64,000 nucleotides of DNA from an uncultured Planctomycetota bacterium (GTDB taxonomy: Bacteria; Planctomycetota; Planctomycetia; Isosphaerales; Isosphaeraceae): the NCBI GenBank assembly GCA_963845755.1, contig CAWJTV010000047.1, positions 64,001 through 128,000 on the forward strand, given 5' to 3'. The notes beneath the pieces were generated by a model that saw only the letters and a program-made list of their open reading frames with translations, had not been told where the DNA came from and did not search any database. The first letter of the stretch is position 1. Every line of letters begins with the position of its first letter. Positions 9,223-18,177 of the stretch are shown here, one piece after another. The translations under genes and the position numbers were made by a program.

Positions 9223-12174
9223 ATGACCGATCACTATCAAATCATCGACCAGATCCGGAGTATCCTGCACGCCGGCGACCACGGGCGTAACGGCCGTCTC
9301 GACGGGTTGGCGTCCGCCTATGCTGCCGCCTGCGACGAGGCCACGCAGCGGTTGGGGCGTTGTCACCGGCTGTTGCGGCAGGGGCTGCGATCGGAGGCGA
9401 TCCAGCTCGCCGAGTCTGCGCCGAATTTGCTCGACACCCTGGCGGCGCTCGATTTTCCCGAGCGGGCGGAGTGGGACGAGGTCGTGCAGTTCCACGACCT
9501 GACGCCCGCGCCGAAGCTGCCGATCGAGCCGGCACGCCTGCTCAACGAGGCGTACGCGGAGGAGGACCCGCTTCAAGACCTGCTCCGGCGACATCGCCGG
9601 CTGGCGTTGCAGCGGGCACCGCTCCGGTCGCGGATCGGCGTCCTGCGCCAGCTCGCGACCGAGGACCCGGGCAATGCGATCTGGTCGGATGATCTGCGGG
9701 CCTTCGAGGCGGTCCGGCTGATCCAGATCCAGGAGGAAGCGACCGAGCTGCTGCGCCATCACGAAACGGAAGCGATCGGCCGGCTGGTGGTGGAAGTCGA
9801 GCAGCCCGACTGGTCCGAGCCGCCGCCGCGGGCGCTGGTGCAATCCTTGCGGAAGCTCGACGCCCAGCTCCGCGGCGAGCGCGCCCGGGGTGTCCTCGAG
9901 GACGTCGGTGACCGGCTCGATGAGGCCCATAACGCGCGCGACCCGATCCGCGGACGGCTGGCGCGCCAGGAGTGGGTCCGGCTGGCCAATGCCGTGGCCC
10001 TGCCGCACGACGACCCGATCGCCGAGCGCGTCCGTCCGGCCCTCGACTGGCTCGACAATGAGGATCAGCGCGACTCCCAGAGCCGCCGACACGAGGAGGA
10101 CCTGGTCGCTCTGGGCCGCTTGCTCGATTATCCGGGAGCAATCCGCCCCGCCGAGCTGGAACGGCTGGCTCACGCCGTCGTCAGTCACGGACACGGTATG
10201 CCCGATGGACTCCAGCAGCGCTACATCACCCGCCTCCAGGCCGCGGAGTCCGCCCAGACGCGACGCGTCCGGCTGATCGCCGCCGGCTCGGCCGCTGGGG
10301 TCCTCCTCCTGGGAACCCTCGTGTATTACGCCGTCCGCGGCCAGGCTCGCGCCCAGGAGGCCAGTAACACGGCCGTCGCCATCAGCGACATGCTCGAGGT
10401 CGGCGAGCTCGACCACGCCGTCTCGCTCTTGAAGAAGCTCGAGGCCGCCGACCCGCAGCTCCTGACCTATCCCGCCATGGTCGCGGTCCGGGAACGCGTG
10501 GACCTCGCCGAGAATCAAGAATCGGACCGGGCCTTGCGGTTCGACACGGCGATGCGCGAGGCCGAGTCCGCCCCGATCTCGGTGACGCCGCCCCCCGCGC
10601 TGGAATCGGCGCGCTCCCTGGCCCGGCTCGACACCGAGAAAGCGGCCGTCTCCAACCTCGTGCAGAGCCGGGCCGAGAAGATCGGCGCCGACCAGACGCA
10701 GCGGGCCAAGGAGCTAAATCCGCGCCTCGACGAGATCGGCCGGGCGGTCGATCGGATCGAGAAGCAAGCCGAAACGACCGGACCGGCGGCGGCCGACGAG
10801 TCCGCGATCCTCGGCCCCCTGGCCGACGCCCAGCGCACGCTGGCCGCCGTCGATCCCGACGTCGCCCTGGCCGGTGCGGAGGTCCAGGACCGGGCACGAC
10901 GCCTGTCGGACCGGCTCGAGGCCGTACGCAATCGCCTGGATCGGCGCCACCTGCAATCCCAGCTCGAGGAGGCCATCACGACCGTCGTCGCGTATTCACC
11001 GAACGCGCGTGGATTCACCGCCTCGACGGAGTACGTCGCGGCCCTCGAGTCCTACATCAAGTCCTTCCCCGATCTGCCTCGCTCGCGAGGGTTCACCGAG
11101 ACGCTCCGGGATCAGCTCCTGTGGAATGCGGTCGCCCAGTGGGACCGGCTGGCGGCCGGCTGGAAAGGCGGTCAGCCCGCGGTCGGCGCCCGAGAGGCCA
11201 AGGTCCGGAGCGAACAGTGCAAGCAATTCCTGACCCAGCACCCCGGCTCGCCCGACACCGATCGCGTCGCCGCCTACCAGCGCGCCATGGAGGCCGTCGC
11301 CCACCGCATTCCCGACGGCGATGGCGCGCTCTCCAAGGTGCATAACCTCCTCACCGACCTGCTGGTCGACAACCTCTGGATGGTCACCGTCAAGCCACCA
11401 TTCGCCGAGGCAGCCCGGCGCTACTACCTGACCCAGAGGCCCCCGGCCGCCGCGAAGTCCTTGCGCTACCTGGTCGGCTTCGACGGCAAGGAGCGGACCC
11501 TCAAGGTGGTTGCCGACTGGATCGAGCGAACCGACATCGCGCCCCAGACGAAGATTTCGGCCCGGTTCAAGCCCAAGCTCTTCCAGGAGCCTGCCCAGAT
11601 CGATTGGGAGACCGTGATGGTCGACCTGATCGACCAGATCCGCAACCAGCCGGAGATCGACCCGATCCTCCAGGTCGCGCTGCTCCGCAACGTGCTCCAG
11701 TCGGCGGTCGAGGGGAGCGAACCGCTCCGCGGTGCCCTCGGCGGCTTCAAGAAACAGGTGGACCAGGCCGATGTGGACACGAACCTCCCCTGGATGGATC
11801 CGGAGAACGCGGAATCCGAACGGATGCGCCCCAAGGCCGCGGGGTTCATTCGCTCGCTGCCCGACCTGACCGCCGCGCGCAAGGAGGCGGCCGCCATTCG
11901 CGTCCGCCTCGATCGCCTGCTCGCGCGCCACCCGAAGCCGATCGGTTGGCTGGCCCGTGACGCCGAGGGTTGGCAGGTGCGGAGTGGTTCGGTCGTGCCT
12001 CAGGAGGGAACCCTCTGGACCATCATTCCCGGCGAAGCGGGTCGCGGCGCCTGGCGGAAAGTTGGTGTCATCAACCAGGCGAAGCCGAAGCTCTCCCTGA
12101 CCGACGACCCCGCGCTGGCCGAAGGGCGTCCGATCTTCGTCACATCCGCCGATGCGGAGGACATGGGGCCTTGA
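9223..12174 (+). CDS. 983-aa helical/coiled-coil single-TM protein, partner of the GAP1-N2 gene
   Basis: Long intact ORF with strong GC3 bias, one TM segment (LIAAGSAAGVLLLGTLVYYAV) near aa 350-370, co-oriented with its neighbours. Confidence 0.8.
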   Translation: MTDHYQIIDQIRSILHAGDHGRNGRLDGLASAYAAACDEATQRLGRCHRLLRQGLRSEAIQLAESAPNLLDTLAALDFPERAEWDEVVQFHDLTPAPKLPIEPARLLNEAYAEEDPLQDLLRRHRRLALQRAPLRSRIGVLRQLATEDPGNAIWSDDLRAFEAVRLIQIQEEATELLRHHETEAIGRLVVEVEQPDWSEPPPRALVQSLRKLDAQLRGERARGVLEDVGDRLDEAHNARDPIRGRLARQEWVRLANAVALPHDDPIAERVRPALDWLDNEDQRDSQSRRHEEDLVALGRLLDYPGAIRPAELERLAHAVVSHGHGMPDGLQQRYITRLQAAESAQTRRVRLIAAGSAAGVLLLGTLVYYAVRGQARAQEASNTAVAISDMLEVGELDHAVSLLKKLEAADPQLLTYPAMVAVRERVDLAENQESDRALRFDTAMREAESAPISVTPPPALESARSLARLDTEKAAVSNLVQSRAEKIGADQTQRAKELNPRLDEIGRAVDRIEKQAETTGPAAADESAILGPLADAQRTLAAVDPDVALAGAEVQDRARRLSDRLEAVRNRLDRRHLQSQLEEAITTVVAYSPNARGFTASTEYVAALESYIKSFPDLPRSRGFTETLRDQLLWNAVAQWDRLAAGWKGGQPAVGAREAKVRSEQCKQFLTQHPGSPDTDRVAAYQRAMEAVAHRIPDGDGALSKVHNLLTDLLVDNLWMVTVKPPFAEAARRYYLTQRPPAAAKSLRYLVGFDGKERTLKVVADWIERTDIAPQTKISARFKPKLFQEPAQIDWETVMVDLIDQIRNQPEIDPILQVALLRNVLQSAVEGSEPLRGALGGFKKQVDQADVDTNLPWMDPENAESERMRPKAAGFIRSLPDLTAARKEAAAIRVRLDRLLARHPKPIGWLARDAEGWQVRSGSVVPQEGTLWTIIPGEAGRGAWRKVGVINQAKPKLSLTDDPALAEGRPIFVTSADAEDMGP

Positions 12175-12335
12175 GGAAGGGGCGGGAATAACTTCCCGGA
12201 CTTCTACGGCGCGGGCCTCCAGGCCCCGCCGCCTGGCGGACCGAAGAGCCCCCGCCCACGTCGGGATTAGCGACGTTCGGATGGCCAGGTGGCAAGATCC
12301 GGAGACCTCGCGAATACCCGGCGCTACCCCATCTT

Positions 12336-12537
12336 GAATCGGGAATCCTGAGTCAGGAATCCTGAATCGGGAATCTCGAATCTCGAATCGGGAATCTCGA
12401 ATCTCGAATCGGGAATCTCGAAATCTCGAATCGGGAATCTCGAATCGGGAATCTCGAATCGGGAATCTCGAATCGGGAATCTCGAATCGGGAATCTCGAA
12501 TCGGGAATCTCGAATCGGGAATCTCGAATCCAGAATC
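12336..12537. repeat. Tandem heptamer array GAATC(GG/TC), 14-bp super-period GAATCGGGAATCTC, ~29 units
   Basis: Directly visible; intergenic. Confidence 0.95.
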
Positions 12538-12616
12538 GCTGAGGATACGCGTTTCATTCCCACGCAGGACGCGGGCCGAAACGAGACCACGACACAGACT
12601 CGAGACATCACCGACC

Positions 12617-13432
12617 ATGTCAAGCGAAGAGGCAACCCGCGGTTGGTACGTGCGAGCGCGAGGGCGCGTGCTCGGTCCGATGACCTGGGCCCAGCTCCAG
12701 TCGTTGCGCGATCGCGGCCAGCTTGCAAGGTTCGACGAGGTCTCGCAGGACCGACAGAGTTGGACCGCCGCGGGTCGAGTGCCCCGGCTGTTCGCCCAGG
12801 GGGAGGCATCGAGTGGACGTGCACCGTCGCCGGCGCGGTCGAGCGGCTTGAACGATTACATCGTGCTCAGCGAAGACGACGTGGACCACGATGCGATCAC
12901 GGCCGGCCCGCCGATCGAGGGCGACGCCGAGTGGTACTTCGCCCGCGACCGGACGCAGCAGGGGCCGGTGCGGCTCTCGCAACTGCAACGCATGGCTGAC
13001 GCCGGCGAGATCGGACCGGACACGCTCGTCTGGAGGGATGGTCTAGCGCATTGGACTCGCGGCTCCGCGGTCGAGGAATTGCGATTCCCGATCCGCCTCG
13101 ACGCGATCGCGGCGGCTCAGGCGGACGTGCGCACCGCCCCGTCGGCCAGTGTGACACTCCCACCGCGCCAGGCCCGCGACGCAGTCCAGCCGACCAATCC
13201 TCCCCACCGCACGAGCATCCTGGCGATCAACAGCCTGATCTTGGGAGGCTTCTGGCTGTTCGGACTCGGCAGCCTGGCGGCGATCGTGCTGGGCGTGATC
13301 GCGATGCGTCAGATCGCCCGATCACAGGGGACGCTCACCGGCAGGCGGCTGGCCATCGCCGCGATCATTCTGGGAATCGCGGGATTGGGGCTAACGCTTG
13401 GCCTGCTGCTCTCCCCGCGCTCACCAGCCTAA
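12617..13432 (+). CDS. Tandem GYF_2 (DUF4339) domains plus DUF4190-like membrane domain
   Basis: WYVRARGRVLGPMT..QL..L...GQL and WYFARDRTQQGPV....L..MA..GEIGPDTLVWRDG...W, then C-terminal TSILAINSLILG...LGVIAMRQI....G..LAIAAIILG. Confidence 0.85.
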   Translation: MSSEEATRGWYVRARGRVLGPMTWAQLQSLRDRGQLARFDEVSQDRQSWTAAGRVPRLFAQGEASSGRAPSPARSSGLNDYIVLSEDDVDHDAITAGPPIEGDAEWYFARDRTQQGPVRLSQLQRMADAGEIGPDTLVWRDGLAHWTRGSAVEELRFPIRLDAIAAAQADVRTAPSASVTLPPRQARDAVQPTNPPHRTSILAINSLILGGFWLFGLGSLAAIVLGVIAMRQIARSQGTLTGRRLAIAAIILGIAGLGLTLGLLLSPRSPA

Positions 13433-13579
13433 GAATGGACCGAGAATCACTTCCCGGATTCCGGAGTGGGACGCCCGGCTTCATCCGGTCCGTCCATCCG
13501 TTTCCGATGCCGCCTGGATGCGGTCTGCCCCAGAAGGCCTAACTTCCGGCGTGCTCTCTGGCGGTAAATCAAACCTTTG

Positions 13580-13696
13580 GATGCTTTTGGCGAATTGGTC
13601 CGGGGGCGTTGCTGGCGCGGGTAACCGCGCCCTGCTGGGCCAATCTTTCCGAGTCTCCGGCAGCCCGGCAGCACACAGGATCTTGCCAACGGTATC
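13580..13696. mobile_element. MITE-like element, 117 bp, with IS1182-like terminal inverted repeats
   Basis: Ends GATGCTTTTGGCGAATT...GATCTTGCCAACGGTATC resemble the IS end at 17491-17508. The interior is colinear with the reverse complement of 15161-15278. Confidence 0.65.
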
Positions 13697-13796
13697 CCTT
13701 GGTTTGCCTTACTCAGGGCCGTTGGTTCTCCGGTCCGTTAACTGATAACCGTGCTTATATTCGATTGGGCCACATGCCGCCCCAGGCGGAGTCGGG

Positions 13797-13912
13797 GTCA
13801 AGCATACGAGGGTTTTTCTTACACATGGACGCAGGCTTATCCGGCACCAGAAGTGGCGGGTTTCAGGCTGCGGATTGCTGCAGATTGTAAAGCAAATGAC
13901 TGTTTGTTTTAC
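13797..13912. mobile_element. Putative miniature element of a second family (116 bp, palindromic 26-bp ends)
   Basis: GTCAAGCATACG...TTAC and GTAAAGCAAATGACTGTTTGTTTTAC start 90 bp apart; similar to 19337-19449. Confidence 0.45.
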
Positions 13913-14106
13913 TGCCGGTCCGACTGGTCGGCGGCACTTCGTTGGCGGCGCCTTACGAGATCACCAAGGAGCAGCAGCGGAGCGGGGCAAAGGGATGGGC
14001 TGTGACCTCTGATTCATGGATCACCCTTTTCCACCTCCCCCGGTATCGTCCCGCGCCCATCTGTCTGCGCCAACCAAGGTTCACCGCCTGCGCATCGCCG
14101 AGGAAA

Positions 14107-14610
14107 CTATAGGTAGGCTATTCGCAACTGGGCGATGACGCACAGCAGAGCGGTGACTACTAAGACTGCAAGGATTGCTGCCCAGGCCAACCAGCGGTAG
14201 GCGCCTCGCGTCAGCATGACGACCGTGACCGAGCAGATGGCCGAGATGCCCAATTGGGTGAAGACGAGTCGCTCCACCATGCGGGCGGCCCGCTGCCGCT
14301 CCCACCCGACAGCACTCGGGCCCATGTGAGGATACAAGGCGCCGACGGTGGTGATCGCGACCGGGCAGGTCGCAAGTGCTATGGACCAGAGCCCCCAAGG
14401 AAGCCACCGTCTCACACCGCCACCTCTCGTCACGAGCGGCAACTGCATTCCCCCGAGCACGATGACACCGAACACCGTGGCCGCGAGCGGGACTGACAAC
14501 AGCCAGGGGAGGACGCGAAGGCGACGCGCCGAGCCCGCAATCGCGACCATAATGCGCCTCAAGGTCAGCCGCCCCGAAGGGGGCGATGATGAGACGAAGC
14601 CGGACGGCAT
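14107..14610 (-). CDS. Hypothetical multi-pass membrane protein
   Basis: RLTLRRIMVAIA leader motif followed by ~4 hydrophobic helices. Confidence 0.6.
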   Translation of the reverse strand: MPSGFVSSSPPSGRLTLRRIMVAIAGSARRLRVLPWLLSVPLAATVFGVIVLGGMQLPLVTRGGGVRRWLPWGLWSIALATCPVAITTVGALYPHMGPSAVGWERQRAARMVERLVFTQLGISAICSVTVVMLTRGAYRWLAWAAILAVLVVTALLCVIAQLRIAYL

Positions 14611-14886
14611 GGTAGCAGCCCCCGGTGCCCTACACGAGTCTGTTCCGGCAGGTCACAGTTCTGGACCACTCGTTACACGTCCCGTCATCGTCCCGCGCCA
14701 GAGTCTCCGCGCCAACTATGGTTCACCGTTTCCATTTCTCGCGTCGAGCCACGAGCGTTTTCCCCGATGCGTTTTGGTCTCGATGGTAGGGTGGGCCCAC
14801 GGCCCGCCGACCCCGCCGCCATGATCGCAGTGACGGGAGGAAGGCCAAGGGGGGAAGAATCTTGAAAATTACTTATGTATATCTCA

Positions 14887-14946
14887 TTGACGTAAGACCA
14901 GCGCCCCACGATTTACGTCAAGGGTGTTGTCGTAAGTCGTGGAGCG
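14887..14946. promoter_or_regulatory. Overlapping inverted repeats (TTGACGTAA-N17-TTACGTCAA plus a third CGTAAGTCGT half-site)
   Basis: Perfect 9-bp IR at 14887-14895 and 14913-14921. 14931-14946 is a 14/16 inverse match of 14902-14917. Confidence 0.4.
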
Positions 14947-15160
14947 AATGGAGCCGGCGTGAAGTGGAACATTGCCTTGCCGTAGGACAAAGCGAAGAAT
15001 GGGGCGTCGAAGGGTGACCCGGCCCGGCCGGGATTGGAACGGTGCCGGCGCGTCCCTCAGCGAGGAGGTGTCCGATCAATCGAAAATATGAACACACGAT
15101 TGGAAAATCAGGGAAATTGCGGTCGTGATGTGCGGAAAGTAGGCGTAAGGGAAACGGCCG

Positions 15161-15278
15161 GATACTGTTGGCGAATTCCCCTCAACGGCTGCTCGACCAG
15201 AGTTTTGGGCAAGATAGGGGTATCAGGAAGCTATTATCGCGAGCTTTCGAGCTTCCGGTCGAATTCGCCACCCGTGTC
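15161..15278. mobile_element. MITE-like element, 118 bp, with IS1182-like terminal inverted repeats
   Basis: Ends GATACTGTTGGCGAATTC and GAATTCGCCACCCGTGTC. The left end is the exact reverse complement of 17491-17508. Confidence 0.75.
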
Positions 15279-15323
15279 ATTGTTGGGTTTGGGCCAATGC
15301 GATCGGCGGTCGGATTCAACGAC

Positions 15324-16847
15324 TCAGAACGGCGACGGCCAGCCGCTGGCCGTCCAGGTGCTGATGCCCAACCGGAGATGCAGGATCACCTGGCCCAGCA
15401 CGATCAAGGTCGGCAGAGCGGCGAGGCAGACCACCGTCAAGCCCAGGGTGAGCCAGGCGAACCGGACTAGACGTCCGGGCGAACAGCCCACCAGATCGAA
15501 CGGCGGGATCCTCAACGCGGGCGGCCGGAGTGCCAGCTCGCTCAGGAACAAGGCCAGGCCGACCATCGTCAGGATCCAGAAGAGCCGTCCCGGATCGAGC
15601 CAGGCCTGAACGCCGTCCGCGAGCGGAGCCGGGAACATGCCCCAGAACCACACACCGGCCTGGTCGATTCCATCCAGCAGCTCAGCGAACATCGGGGGTA
15701 GCGCGGGATCAATCGCCATGGGCGAGGGGAGGCATTTCAGCGCGGAGGAAACGACGATTCCCATCAATCCCAGCGCGAGCGCGTTCGAGAGCCGCCGCAA
15801 CCATCGCGGCTTCTCCCAGGCCGGACGCGGCACGACCGTCCGAGCCGCCAGGCCCGCCGCGAAGGTCCCGAACCCGATGAAGATGATCACGATGGCCTCC
15901 GGATCCAGAACCCCGCGAAACCCCTCGCGCCAGTGGGGACTCATCGTCGGTATCGCCACGAGTGCCATGCCGATCCCCGCCGCACCAGCGGCCGCGAGCG
16001 AGAACAGCCGGACGAACCAGCCTCCCCGGGTCGTCGCCCAGGGCATGGACCGCCCGGCCCGTTGAAAGTCGCGCGCGACGATCATCGCGAGCCCGACGAT
16101 CGTCAGCGTCGCCGGGAGGGCCTCCATCCCCGCGAGAAGCAACCGCGCCGACAGACTGGTCGAAGTGACCCGTCCGAGCGGTCGCATGGCGTTGTTCACC
16201 AACTCGAGTACGTTCAGGATGTACAGTGGAACGAGAGCATGGGTGGCCGGCACGGCGACGAACAGCACACCGGCGAGCGCGGCCAGTGGGACAAACAACC
16301 AGTAAGGTCGCGGACGCCGCGGCTCGGGTCGTGCCAGGCCTACCCCGGCCCCCATGCCCACCACTATGCCGAACATGGCCAGGATCGCGCAGATGGGGAT
16401 CAGCTTCTCCCTCACGTCGTAACCACTCGCCCCAACCCCCCCAAAAAACGAGGACCTGCGGGTCGCGAGATCGATCCGCATGCGGGTCGCGAGATCGATC
16501 CGCAGGATCTCCGACTCCTGAAGGACGAAGCAGATCAGCAATACAACGGCCAGGGCCCGCCAGGCCATCGACGCCAGGCAGCCCGCCATCGTGACGCCCC
16601 CACCCCGTGGCCGTCGGCGGGCCAGTCCGAGGATCGAGCGCACCAGGACCAGCGCAAGGATGACCGCCACAACCTCCACCCCAACGCCCGACGCCCGCGC
16701 CGACTCGACCCAGATGTCTCTCGCCTCTCGGACGACCCCGGCCGCCAACCCGGCCGCCAGGACCAGCAGGCTCAGGTCCGCCAGGCTTACCTGCCAGCGG
16801 CCAACCCTCTTGCCCGACCCTTCCGCCCGGATCGCGATCGACATCAA
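15324..16847 (-). CDS. Hypothetical polytopic membrane protein (~12 TM)
   Basis: 507-aa ORF with many hydrophobic segments, an RWQVSLADL leader and an internal 24-bp duplication. Confidence 0.75.
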   Translation of the reverse strand: MMSIAIRAEGSGKRVGRWQVSLADLSLLVLAAGLAAGVVREARDIWVESARASGVGVEVVAVILALVLVRSILGLARRRPRGGGVTMAGCLASMAWRALAVVLLICFVLQESEILRIDLATRMRIDLATRRSSFFGGVGASGYDVREKLIPICAILAMFGIVVGMGAGVGLARPEPRRPRPYWLFVPLAALAGVLFVAVPATHALVPLYILNVLELVNNAMRPLGRVTSTSLSARLLLAGMEALPATLTIVGLAMIVARDFQRAGRSMPWATTRGGWFVRLFSLAAAGAAGIGMALVAIPTMSPHWREGFRGVLDPEAIVIIFIGFGTFAAGLAARTVVPRPAWEKPRWLRRLSNALALGLMGIVVSSALKCLPSPMAIDPALPPMFAELLDGIDQAGVWFWGMFPAPLADGVQAWLDPGRLFWILTMVGLALFLSELALRPPALRIPPFDLVGCSPGRLVRFAWLTLGLTVVCLAALPTLIVLGQVILHLRLGISTWTASGWPSPF

Positions 16848-17199
16848 TTCGACCTCCGCAATGGACGTCCCACAAACCTACTACAAATGTAGCAAGTTGC
16901 GGCGAATCGAGCAAGGGCCATCCCCTGTTTTGCCATTTTTCGCGAAGCGAGACGCTCGAGATCGCCGATCGCTTGCGTTGCGCACGCCGCAGGGGAGCGC
17001 CGTGGCCAGGTCAGGAGAACCGCGCCGAACTGTGACGACTTAAGGACTGTTCCGTGTGGTCGGAAAGAAGGTTCAACTGGCAGGCATTTTCGACTTGGAC
17101 CAGGAATCGGTGTTCCCCGGTGTTCCCCAGAGCAGCGAGTAGCTGGTGGCGTTTGTTTGAAGGATGATCGTCGCAATGGCAACTGCGACATGGCACGTG

Positions 17200-17508
17200 C
17201 GGCTGCCGCCGCGTGAGCAACACGAGGCGATGGAGGGGATGCGGAGGTTCCTCGATAGCGAGGAGGGCCGTCGGGTTTATGCGCGGCGCAGCGGGATCGA
17301 AGGGACGATCTCGCAGGGAGTGCGGTCGTTGGGGTTGCGGCGTGCGCGGTATCGTGGCGAGGCGAAGACCCACTTGCAGCATGTGGCAACCGCGGCAGCG
17401 ATGAACGTCAGTCGCATCACCGACTGGTTGGAGCGCAGACCCGCTGAGCCGACGCGGAAGTCGCGTCTCGCACAGCTGGCGGCCGGAATGGAATTCGCCA
17501 ACAGTATC
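17200..17508 (+). pseudogene. C-terminal remnant of an IS1182-family transposase with its right inverted repeat
   Basis: YARRSGIEGTISQGVRSLGLRRARYRGEAKTHLQHVATAAAMNVSR is the typical C-terminal DDE segment, followed by GAATTCGCCAACAGTATC. The N-terminal part is absent. Confidence 0.85.
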
Positions 17509-17775
17509 CCAACGTTTGCTTTACCGAGGAATCGAAGCTCACTTGCCGCCATGATCGCGACACGCTCGGTCGCGTGAGATAGCATGAATGGGGTCGATGA
17601 CGCAGATTGCGTCAGTATTTATAATATATGTAAGAATTATTTATATTGCAATTATCGGAATTGTACAGCTTGATATGCCGATCGAAAAGGCGATTTTTGA
17701 TCCATCGCTCACCGACTTACATCAAATCGAAGTTGTCACACGTGAAGTGGCAGCGACATCTTACAGGACCTAGCC

Positions 17776-18177
17776 ATGCGACTGACTCGCCCCAGGTTCA
17801 CAGTGCGGCGGATGATGGCCCTGGTGGCGGTCATCTCGCTGGTCTTGGGCGGGGAGGTTAAGCGGAGGCATTGGGCGTCGTGGTCGGGCCACTGCCGAGA
17901 GAAGGCGGCCTTCCATCGGGCGAAGGCCGCAGGCGCACGGGGGATCTGCATAGACGCCTTCAATACGCCGCCTCACCTCGCCAAGGACGAGGTGAGTGCG
18001 CGATACCACGACCGGATGGAGCAGAAGCGGGAGGAGGCCGCTAGCCGCCCCTGGTCCTCGGTCCAGGCCGACTCGCAGACGAGCGAGTCGGCTCGACGGT
18101 CAGGACTCGGATGGGTCGCTTGCCGTTGCAATTGGTGCAAGGAGTGGGTCAAAGCGGGTGGAGTGATTCCCCCCTAA
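17776..18177 (+). CDS. Small hypothetical protein with RFTVRRMMALVAV leader
   Basis: Leader plus hydrophobic helix; C-terminal YH....K...AA.RPW..V..D motif that I recall from Isosphaeraceae small proteins; AGGA RBS. Confidence 0.65.
   Translation: MRLTRPRFTVRRMMALVAVISLVLGGEVKRRHWASWSGHCREKAAFHRAKAAGARGICIDAFNTPPHLAKDEVSARYHDRMEQKREEAASRPWSSVQADSQTSESARRSGLGWVACRCNWCKEWVKAGGVIPP

Noticed and set aside
10996..12618. ORFs with IPDSRF/RDSRFE repeats (also at 55.3 kb and 61.8-62.4 kb)
   Set aside because: These are translations of non-coding heptamer DNA, open in several frames and antisense to or overlapping real genes.
17035..17165. Possible end of another IS (TAAGGACTGTTCC...) truncating the IS1182 remnant
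   Set aside because: No partner inverted repeat or transposase fragment was found in the window.
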